Source: a virus. Taken from it: a stretch of 64,000 bases of DNA. Below, one piece after another: positions 55,075 through 62,623 of the stretch. Made by a program: the position numbers and the translations under genes. The notes beneath the pieces are model-generated. The model was given only the letters and a program-made list of their open reading frames with translations. It had not been told where the DNA came from and did not search any database. Position 1 is the first letter of the stretch. Each line of letters starts with the position of its first letter. The stretch is taken from IMG/VR virus record IMGVR_UViG_3300045960_000114, positions 32,001 to 96,000 of that record, one strand, 5' to 3'.

Positions 55075-56802
55075 TTACTCGTAGCGGAACTTGCGCCGCA
55101 TGTCCTCGGGCGTTTCCTCACGCCGGCGCGCCGGACCTTCGAGTCCGCGTTGCGCAGGCGCTGAGCTGGTCATGCCGTGTAGGGCGAGCCCTGCGCCAGT
55201 ACCGAGTAGCCCGGCGCCGAGGTTTTCCTTGCCGCCGACAAACTTCCTGAACTGCGTGCCGTACTTCTTCTTTTCATGCAGCTTGTTGATGAGCCGCTCG
55301 GCCCAGCCACCAACCTGGGGGATGAAGGGGGTATCACGTCCAGCGGCTTCCTTTCCCTCCATCTTCTCGAGTTTCGTGTAATACTTCTTGTCCTCGACCA
55401 GATGATCCTTGGCGATCTCCTTGGCGATCGCGGGGCTATCCGTGTGTTCCTTCTCCGTCTCGACGCCCTTGTTCAGTTGGGCTGCGGGAAACGTACTGTC
55501 CGGCTTGTTGTCAGCCAGACCCCCCTTGATCTTATCCTCGCTGGCCTTGTGGAGCTGCACGTTCTGCGGGTGCACGAGCTGGGTGGTGAATGGCTTGCGG
55601 GTCTGGACGTTGGCGCCCTTCGAGCGGAAGTAGTCGGCCAGGGCGTCCACACTGAAGTCGATGTTGCCGCACTTGCCACCGGCGGACTTCTCGAGCTGGA
55701 TCACGCGCTCGAGCAGGTCGGCGTCGTTGCGGGGAAGCGTGGGTGCGACCTCGGCGAACTTCTCCGGATCGAACTTGCCATTCTCGTCCTTGATGGCATC
55801 AGCAAACTCGCTGCCCAGCACTTCGGCGATCTTCTCGACAGGCAGCTCGGAGAAGGCGCTGATCGGGTAGACGTTGCCGTTCTGCAGTACGACGTGTTGG
55901 CCCGCGAGTTCAGCAGCAGCCTTCTCCTGTACATCGAAGAAGATCTCCTCCGGCAGTTCAACACCGTGGATGTAGTGATTGCAGATGCCAGTGGCACGGT
56001 CGACTTCATCGACTAGCTCGGCCAGCTTCAAAAAGGTGTCGGTGTCGGGCTTGTCCATCTCGCCCACCATGGTGGCGACCTTCGCCATGTTGACTTGGAC
56101 CTCGTTGCGCGGGTCCAGCTTGCCCATCATCAGCACGCGATTGGCCAGCTTCTCGGCGGCCCACTGCGGATGCGTCGTGCCGATGCCGGCGGCCTTGGTC
56201 AGGTAGCTTTCGGTTTCGATGTCGAACGAGAGCCCGCCGACGGGCACGTTTTCGGCGCCGGTCTTGTCGATCTCGGCGGCCTTGAGCAGAATGCGCTGTG
56301 CGGCGGCTTTGCGCATCGGATAGGTGTAGCTGAACCGGTCAGCGTAAAGCCTTTCGCCGGCGATCTTGACGGAGACGGGCGTGGGCATCGGCAGCCGGCG
56401 TACCTTGTGGCTGTCCACGTTGGCCACGATGGCATATTCGCTGTCGGGCAGGCTCGGTTCGTCGAAGCGGGACATTTTCTCCCACTTCTTGTTGAAGTCG
56501 TCCACCAGACCGCGAATTTTCCAGTAATCTGCGCACTTGATAATACGGTCTTGAACCAGCGTGCACTGGTCCTTAGGATAGAGTTTGGCGACCTGCTGGA
56601 AGTAGGCGTTCGCCAACCACGTTGCCGCCTTTGTGTGGCAAGGGAACTTCCGGCGGATGGGATCGGCGAAGGCGCTGGACGGGAGCTGTTTCACAGGCTC
56701 CATCTCAGCGGACTTCACGAATTCCGGAATCCCTACCAGCTTGTCCAAGGCGTACAGTTGCTGGTGGTTGACGTCGTCATTGACATCCATGGGGTTGAAC
56801 AT
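55075..56802 (-). CDS. Putative head-internal modular protein with many K-x-A motifs and a DUF5661-like insert
   Basis: AGGAG RBS 8 nt upstream; KSA, KAA (several), KIA, KVA, KLA, KEAA; QLNKGVETEKEHTD...IAKDHLVED..YYTKL. Confidence 0.8.
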   Translation of the reverse strand: MFNPMDVNDDVNHQQLYALDKLVGIPEFVKSAEMEPVKQLPSSAFADPIRRKFPCHTKAATWLANAYFQQVAKLYPKDQCTLVQDRIIKCADYWKIRGLVDDFNKKWEKMSRFDEPSLPDSEYAIVANVDSHKVRRLPMPTPVSVKIAGERLYADRFSYTYPMRKAAAQRILLKAAEIDKTGAENVPVGGLSFDIETESYLTKAAGIGTTHPQWAAEKLANRVLMMGKLDPRNEVQVNMAKVATMVGEMDKPDTDTFLKLAELVDEVDRATGICNHYIHGVELPEEIFFDVQEKAAAELAGQHVVLQNGNVYPISAFSELPVEKIAEVLGSEFADAIKDENGKFDPEKFAEVAPTLPRNDADLLERVIQLEKSAGGKCGNIDFSVDALADYFRSKGANVQTRKPFTTQLVHPQNVQLHKASEDKIKGGLADNKPDSTFPAAQLNKGVETEKEHTDSPAIAKEIAKDHLVEDKKYYTKLEKMEGKEAAGRDTPFIPQVGGWAERLINKLHEKKKYGTQFRKFVGGKENLGAGLLGTGAGLALHGMTSSAPAQRGLEGPARRREETPEDMRRKFRYE

Positions 56803-59431
56803 GCCGCAGACTCCTGCAAGGGACCTGAGTAAACACTTCGGTCACGCCCCCATCCTAGCCCTCGCTGGGGTAAGCGTCAAGGGTGCCGTGCCCGATGTAA
56901 CCAGGTGTCCCTTCTGCTCCAGCGATACGCTATGCATCATGCCCGACCCTATGAGCGGTGGCGCGACGTGGATCCACTGCGGCGACTGCGGCTTCTGCGG
57001 CGACACGATCGAGCTATACTGCAAGATGCACAACAAGGATATCCGCGAAGGGATCTATCGGGCCATCTCCGACGGCGTGGCTGGTGCTATAACCGACATC
57101 AACGATCTGATCATCGGGCTGTACATCGAAAACTACCCCGAGATACGCGCCAAGCATCAGTCCGTATGGAAGCTGGTGAACGGGCATGTCGTAGGCGACC
57201 TGACACCCGAGATCATCGGTCGGATACAAGATGACCATCTGTGGACGGGCTGGCGCGGGAATGGGCGCGACCGGTTCGCCATGTGCCTGGGCGCAGCGCG
57301 GCGCAAGGAGATCGTGCGGTTCTTCCCCGGCGAACGTGAAATCATGCCGCGCGACTTCAAGGTTCCGCTGGTGGTTAATTACCAGGACGTGCCGGGCAGA
57401 ATCAGCGCGTTCCACTTCATCGGCGAATCTGGCGACCTGGCGTTGAAGGTGCTGGGTACAGAGGTTCGGCAGCAAGCCTTCGAAGGCGGGCTGGCCATGC
57501 TCGATTTCCTGCGCCCATTCGAGGGTACGGTTTTCGCCGTAGGAAATCCAATGGTGGCACTGCATCTGCACAAGCTGAACTTCATGGATTCGAACATACC
57601 GGCGAAGATCATCTGCTACAACGAGTGCACCAGCTCGGCGTGGCAGTACGTCAACGCGAAGAAGGTGGTCTTCTGGAATGATGAGATCACCTGGCGGATC
57701 TTCGACCAGGCCAAGCGCGTGCAGAATGCTGAGATCGCGGTACGACCCAATCCACGCAGAAATGAGTGGCATTCCTACTTCGCTGATACCACCGTGGAAG
57801 GCACGCTTTCCATCATGGAGCGGGCAGCCAAACCGTGGCACCAGTTCTTTGCTGAGTGGGTGACGAGCCTACCACGCGACGAGGACGCCCGGCAGGCCAT
57901 TCAGCTGCTGGCGCTCAACCAATACGAGTACAACAAGGTGCTGGACAGCTGCCCGACCAGTCTGCGCAAGAAGGTCGAGTCGCTGTTCCAGAATGTTAAA
58001 CCGGTCACGACCATCATTGTCAATAAGCACCGGTACGTGGAGCAGGACGACGGATGGTGGGAAATGCATCCGCGCGTGGGCAAGGACCTGGTCAGCGACG
58101 CGGTCATTAAGGTCGGACGTGAGGTGTGTGACAGTCGGACCGGCACTATTTACTGGGCAGGTACCATCAAGTTCCACGGGCAGAACGTCCCGTTCAACTG
58201 CGAGCTGGACAAGATCGAGAAGAACACGGCCAAGTGGATGCGGGAAGTCCTTGGTAGGGCTGGACTTGGCTCACCTATCACCCGCCCGAATACGCCTGTC
58301 CTGACAGCGCTGGCTAAGGCGTTCAGCAACCCCAAGACATCTGTGCTGCAGCCCAGGATCGGCATACAGGCGGATGGGTCGTTCATCATGCCCTGCTTCA
58401 CCATGGTTGATGGCCGTATAACCCCAACAGGGGATGTGTCTTACGAGTATATGCCCGCTACTGGCGTTTCCCCGCCAACCAAGCGCGCCAGCTTCGAATT
58501 CGAGCCTTTACCCGGGCAGGCTGTCTGGCTCGCAATGGCAGCCGTCTACGTCGCGCAGCAGGTGGCAGTCCTACATGGTCTGAGCCCGCGCTCGGCAGCT
58601 GTTGTTGGCGCTCCTGGTTCAACCGGGCGGACGGTGGTTCGCCACCTGGCCAGCACGACGGGCATGTTGAAGTACGTCCCATCTGGCGGAAAGTTGACAG
58701 ATGCGAAGGCGATCCTGGAGAACATGCGCCAGTTCGACTACTCGTACTTCATTGAGCCAGAGGCACCTGGCCGGTTGGCTTTCTGGCCGCAGACCCCAAC
58801 AAACCCCGTGTTTGTGGCAACCAACATCATTGAGGCGGCGGCATTTGGCGCAATGAGCAACTGGGTCGTGGTGATCGGTAACGACAAGCCGAAAGGCAAG
58901 TTGCCGGGCATGGACGTCATCCTGGACTATATTGCCCACCTTCAGCAGCGTGAGTTCAAGTTTGAGGGCAGCGGCACCTTCGAGCGGATGGTGCTTTATG
59001 ATATGTGCGACGTCCTGAACGTGCCGCCGGAGCTTCGCAAGATGGCCGACGCCTCGCTTCTAACGCTGACACCAGGCGAATGGATGATCAAGCTGTCTCA
59101 ACTGCTTCTGCGCACTGGGAACATGCTCTTCATCCATCGCCCGTTTGTCGACTCGATTGAGGATTCAGCGGCGCCCAAGATCAGGGGCCGGGTGAAGTAC
59201 CTTATGTTCGACGATGCCGCCGAAAAGGTGTTGCTGATGGACTTCGCTATACGCGAGGCAATCCGGCGCAACATCTATCCCACGCCCGATCTCTACGCTT
59301 GCGGTGAAGACCTGATCCGGCGGGAGATGGCAACTGCCGCGCCGGATACTGTTGGGGGCTGGGTACTCGAGCTGGCGGAGTGGAACCGGATAGGGTTGGT
59401 CCACCTGGATAAGCCCCTGGCTGATAGCTAA
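56801..59431 (+). CDS. Large replication-type protein with an N-terminal primase-like Zn finger (start uncertain)
   Basis: CPFC...HCGDCGFCGDTIELY; long ORF with natural composition; start could be ATG 56801 or GTG 56888. Confidence 0.55.
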   Translation: MPQTPARDLSKHFGHAPILALAGVSVKGAVPDVTRCPFCSSDTLCIMPDPMSGGATWIHCGDCGFCGDTIELYCKMHNKDIREGIYRAISDGVAGAITDINDLIIGLYIENYPEIRAKHQSVWKLVNGHVVGDLTPEIIGRIQDDHLWTGWRGNGRDRFAMCLGAARRKEIVRFFPGEREIMPRDFKVPLVVNYQDVPGRISAFHFIGESGDLALKVLGTEVRQQAFEGGLAMLDFLRPFEGTVFAVGNPMVALHLHKLNFMDSNIPAKIICYNECTSSAWQYVNAKKVVFWNDEITWRIFDQAKRVQNAEIAVRPNPRRNEWHSYFADTTVEGTLSIMERAAKPWHQFFAEWVTSLPRDEDARQAIQLLALNQYEYNKVLDSCPTSLRKKVESLFQNVKPVTTIIVNKHRYVEQDDGWWEMHPRVGKDLVSDAVIKVGREVCDSRTGTIYWAGTIKFHGQNVPFNCELDKIEKNTAKWMREVLGRAGLGSPITRPNTPVLTALAKAFSNPKTSVLQPRIGIQADGSFIMPCFTMVDGRITPTGDVSYEYMPATGVSPPTKRASFEFEPLPGQAVWLAMAAVYVAQQVAVLHGLSPRSAAVVGAPGSTGRTVVRHLASTTGMLKYVPSGGKLTDAKAILENMRQFDYSYFIEPEAPGRLAFWPQTPTNPVFVATNIIEAAAFGAMSNWVVVIGNDKPKGKLPGMDVILDYIAHLQQREFKFEGSGTFERMVLYDMCDVLNVPPELRKMADASLLTLTPGEWMIKLSQLLLRTGNMLFIHRPFVDSIEDSAAPKIRGRVKYLMFDDAAEKVLLMDFAIREAIRRNIYPTPDLYACGEDLIRREMATAAPDTVGGWVLELAEWNRIGLVHLDKPLADS

Positions 59432-59448
59432 AAAGAACCCCACAAACA

Positions 59449-59459
59449 CGTTAGCATAA
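59449..59459 (+). promoter_or_regulatory. Repeated intergenic motif, variant CGTTAGCATAA (copy 2)
   Basis: 9/11 match to CGTTAGAATAC; intergenic. Confidence 0.35.
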
Positions 59460-59575
59460 CATGGAGCGTTCCGTAGCTGTCACGCGACAGATATCGGCAT
59501 GCCCCAAAAGTCGTCACGAATAGAACGTGGCGCTCGTAGCCAACCCGCGAAACGTGGTTGGAAAAGGAGTGACGT

Positions 59576-60100
59576 ATGTTCAACCTGAAGGCGCTGACCA
59601 CGATGTTGAAGGGTCTCCTGTGGATCAACGAGATCCATGCAACCAAAGGAAAGTATGCGGAGGAGATCCAGGAAGGCCGGACGGGCAGATTGGAGGACCT
59701 ATGGAAAAAGGGGACGTGGAAGGAAGGTAATTGGGATGCCTACGTGTCGGGTTACCAGATCCAGTTGGCACGCACGGCGCCTCAGACTGGTGATTACAAT
59801 GTAGATACTGAGCGGTTCTATCTCCGCCGATGTGGTGAAACGTGGTACGTCTATCATGGGTTCGAGAGCTCGGATGGCCGTTTTCCGGGATCGTATTACG
59901 AACGGCCCAGCCCCTACGGGTTGGTGCTGGCCTTCTATTTCCACGAAGGTCGGCTGGTTGAAAAGCAGGTAGAGCTGATCTTCAAGAAGGATCTGGAGGT
60001 GTTCTACTCCATCCTGGAAAAGAAGGCGGAGAAGAAGGCGGAGAAGGAACCTACCCTTTCCGAGGCGGAAAGAGGGGGCGACGTTTACGACCCGTTGTAG
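59576..60100 (+). CDS. Hypothetical protein
   Basis: AAGGAG RBS. Confidence 0.7.
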   Translation: MFNLKALTTMLKGLLWINEIHATKGKYAEEIQEGRTGRLEDLWKKGTWKEGNWDAYVSGYQIQLARTAPQTGDYNVDTERFYLRRCGETWYVYHGFESSDGRFPGSYYERPSPYGLVLAFYFHEGRLVEKQVELIFKKDLEVFYSILEKKAEKKAEKEPTLSEAERGGDVYDPL

Positions 60101-60123
60101 GCAAACTTTCTAAGGAGAAACAC

Positions 60124-60489
60124 GTGATCGAGAAATTGAAGGAGCTTGTAAAGAAGTCGACGTGGGGGCAGCGATACATTGTAGCGTTGTCCCTGGTGGT
60201 TGTGACCCACCTGCTGGGTGGGTTAAGCGACCACAAGTTTCTGTACGGCCACGTACATAACTTTGGGGGTGAGCAGCAACAACAGCAGAACAACTCCGAT
60301 CCGGACGGTTTCGGATCATATTTTCTAGGTCTGATCGGACAGGGAAACAAGACATGTTCCTCCTGTCGCGGCTCAGGTCGCTCGAGTACGCAGTGTATGA
60401 GCTGTCGCGGAAGCGGGCGGTATGGCTACGGCCCGTGTAATACATGCGGGGGTACTGGTTTTGCCCCTTGCGTGAGTTGTCGTAGGTGA
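60124..60489 (+). CDS. Membrane-anchored protein with DnaJ-type CxxCxGxG zinc-finger repeats
   Basis: AAGGAG RBS, GTG start; TM segment; CSSCRGSG, CMSCRGSG, CNTCGGTG, CVSC. Confidence 0.7.
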   Translation: MIEKLKELVKKSTWGQRYIVALSLVVVTHLLGGLSDHKFLYGHVHNFGGEQQQQQNNSDPDGFGSYFLGLIGQGNKTCSSCRGSGRSSTQCMSCRGSGRYGYGPCNTCGGTGFAPCVSCRR

Positions 60490-60583
60490 AACAGCGAAGG
60501 GTGATCGCGATGATCGCCGTGATTTGTCCCTGCGATATGGGGCGGTGCAGGGAGGGCAAATCACGGCCATGAGGATTACCCGG

Positions 60584-60619
60584 AGAGAACCCCCAACCGA
60601 AAGGTTGGGGGTTTTCTTT
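60584..60619. terminator. Bidirectional intrinsic terminator
   Basis: aacccccaacc-GAAA-ggttgggggtt with flanking purine/pyrimidine tracts; between convergent genes. Confidence 0.85.
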
Positions 60620-61457
60620 AGCTATGAGGCTCTGGTCCGTCCACGCGGATACCTATCTGGGTTCGGTTGGCCAGCTTGGCGCGCAGATCGCGGATGTCCT
60701 TGGCCTTACTTTCGGGGAGCATGGCCAGCGTTTCCATCAGAAGATCAGACAGTATCTTCCGCTCGTTGCGCTCATCGTCGGTGCGCAGCTTTTCCCGCAG
60801 CCGGGCGTTCCTACCTATCCAGCCGATGGCTATGGTAACCACACCCAGGATGGCGATGATGATCTCAACGGCTGCTTGGGGGAAGTAATTGACGTCCCGG
60901 CCAGCCGTATTGTTGATGTTCTCCAGTCTGGTGTCCAGCTTGTTGTATAGACCCGCCTGCGCGTTGGCCTGCACGTCCATCTTGGCTGACAGGGTGGCAT
61001 TAAGGGAGTCGATACGACTCTGTAATTCCCTTACAAGATTGGCGTCGACGCTCATCTTCGCCTCAATCTTGGAGTTGAACTCGTTGACCATCTTGAGTTC
61101 AGTCCGCAGCTCTACGACGGCGTTGAGGCTGGCCTCAAGTTTGGCGCGCAGCTCGGCGGAGGCGGTCGCGTTCAGGTTGGCGGAAGCGTTTATCACGGAG
61201 GAGATGTTGGCCTCCAGCCCGGTAATCTTCTCCGCCAGCTTCGATACTGACGCATTCACGGCGCCGGTCATCTGGTTAGCCGTAGCGTTGGAACTGGCCA
61301 CGATGTCATCCTTGATGCCCTGACGCAGTTCCGCGGTGTCCAGCTTCTGTACTGGGGGTATGTTGATGACTGGCGGAGCAATGGGTTGGGTAATCTGACC
61401 CTTCTGATCGGCGACACAGCCAGCTAGTAAGACAACCAACAGGATTGACAGGCGCAT
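60618..61457 (-). CDS. Lipoprotein with coiled coil and C-terminal TM helix (unimolecular-spanin-like topology)
   Basis: AGGAGG RBS; MRLSILLVVLLAG-C lipobox; long heptad region; IIIAILGVVTIAIGWIG followed by a basic tail. Confidence 0.65.
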   Translation of the reverse strand: MRLSILLVVLLAGCVADQKGQITQPIAPPVINIPPVQKLDTAELRQGIKDDIVASSNATANQMTGAVNASVSKLAEKITGLEANISSVINASANLNATASAELRAKLEASLNAVVELRTELKMVNEFNSKIEAKMSVDANLVRELQSRIDSLNATLSAKMDVQANAQAGLYNKLDTRLENINNTAGRDVNYFPQAAVEIIIAILGVVTIAIGWIGRNARLREKLRTDDERNERKILSDLLMETLAMLPESKAKDIRDLRAKLANRTQIGIRVDGPEPHS

Positions 61458-61509
61458 GGGTACACCTCCTTGGGAGCATTGTACCACCCCTTAAACACCC
61501 CGTCAGGCG

Positions 61510-61520
61510 CGTTAGAATAC
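61510..61520 (+). promoter_or_regulatory. Repeated intergenic motif CGTTAGAATAC (copy 3)
   Basis: Identical to 53369-53379; in a divergent intergenic region. Confidence 0.45.
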
Positions 61521-61601
61521 GTAGAGACCTGCACATTGTATTAACCCACTGCGGGTTAGCCAATGTGGAGGCTTAAACCATTTCATAAAACGGAGGAAAA
61601 C

Positions 61602-62537
61602 GTGAGCAACGTCAAAAAAGTTAAATTGGTGACCCCAGTAGCCGAGCCGCCAAAAGCGCACTCGGCAAAACGAACTCCATTCACCATGGAGCTCGCTGCG
61701 CGTTTTGCAACGATGGAGGCGTTCGTTGCCGACCGCGACATGCGGGATGATCACGTTGATCACCTGGTGAATGAAGCTGTCAATGGCCGGTTCATCGGTG
61801 ACATCACGATCCTGGCCAGTTGTTTTTGCCTGTGGGATCACAAGGAGAGGCGATTGAACGGACAGCACACCGCAGCAATGCGGCTGCGCATGCCGAAGAG
61901 CTGGTCGCCAGAGGTTTTCGTGCTGAAGTACAAGGCAAAAACCGAGCGGGAGTTTCGGGTCCTGTACTCGGTATTCGACCGGGGACGGATCCGGACCAAG
62001 TACCAGATCATCTCTGCCAGACTGTTCGGCACCAAGCTATACGATGGGATGACCAAGACGAGACTTAATCAACTGGCTGCCGGCATGACCATGTGGCGGA
62101 CCAAGAACTTCCTGAACACGACGGCGAACGTGGACGAGCTGGCGAACTGCATGGAAAGCGACTTGAGCCAGCTGGTGCATAAGGTGGCTCAGTTCCAATT
62201 CACGAAGCTGACGAAGAAAAACGGCCCACACATGCACAACAGGGCGCCGGTGATTGGCGCCATGTTCGCAACGTTCAATGTGGCACCCAGAGTTGCGTGG
62301 GAGTTCTGGGAAGTCGTGTTGAACGGTGGGCAGGCGGCGACACATCCGGCGCAAGCACTCATGAAATATCTGATGGGATCGAAGATCTACTCGAACTGCA
62401 CATCTGGCCCACGCCGGTGCAAGCCAGTGTCACGTGAGGACATGTATAGAACCTGCATCCTTGCCTGGAACGCTTTCAGGCAGGGTAACCTGGTTCGTGA
62501 CTTCCCCGTTCCCGACAAACGCGAGGAGGCTATCTGA
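61602..62537 (+). CDS. ParB/Srx-like N-terminal domain protein
   Basis: GGAGG RBS with GTG 61602; DRDMRDDHVDHLVNEAVNGRF...LNGQHT pattern. Confidence 0.6.
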   Translation: MSNVKKVKLVTPVAEPPKAHSAKRTPFTMELAARFATMEAFVADRDMRDDHVDHLVNEAVNGRFIGDITILASCFCLWDHKERRLNGQHTAAMRLRMPKSWSPEVFVLKYKAKTEREFRVLYSVFDRGRIRTKYQIISARLFGTKLYDGMTKTRLNQLAAGMTMWRTKNFLNTTANVDELANCMESDLSQLVHKVAQFQFTKLTKKNGPHMHNRAPVIGAMFATFNVAPRVAWEFWEVVLNGGQAATHPAQALMKYLMGSKIYSNCTSGPRRCKPVSREDMYRTCILAWNAFRQGNLVRDFPVPDKREEAI

Positions 62538-62580
62538 ACTGGGTGTGAATCATTTCCAAGTGTCGGGGGACGGCGTCCTC

Positions 62581-62618
62581 AAAGGCGCACACCTGAGCAG
62601 GGTGTGCGCCTTTCTTTT
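62581..62618. terminator. Bidirectional intrinsic terminator
   Basis: aaaggcgcacacc-7 nt-ggtgtgcgccttt followed by ctttt; between convergent genes. Confidence 0.85.
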
Positions 62619-62623
62619 AAATG

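Noticed and set aside
56780-56808. TTGACA as a promoter for the Zn-finger gene
   Set aside because: No -10-like hexamer 16-18 nt downstream, and it lies in the coding region of the minus-strand gene.
59432-59575. Riboswitch in the 144-nt leader (small hairpins ctgtc/gacag and ccaacc/ggttgg)
   Set aside because: Stems are only 5-6 bp and I could not match a known riboswitch consensus; an Infernal/Rfam scan would be needed.
60568-60581. 14-nt exact match (CATGAGGATTACCC) to the core of the MS2 coat-protein operator
   Set aside because: The 3' ATGT needed to close the MS2 stem is absent (followed by ggag), so the operator hairpin cannot form; these bases also pair in the larger stem-loop. Treated as coincidence.
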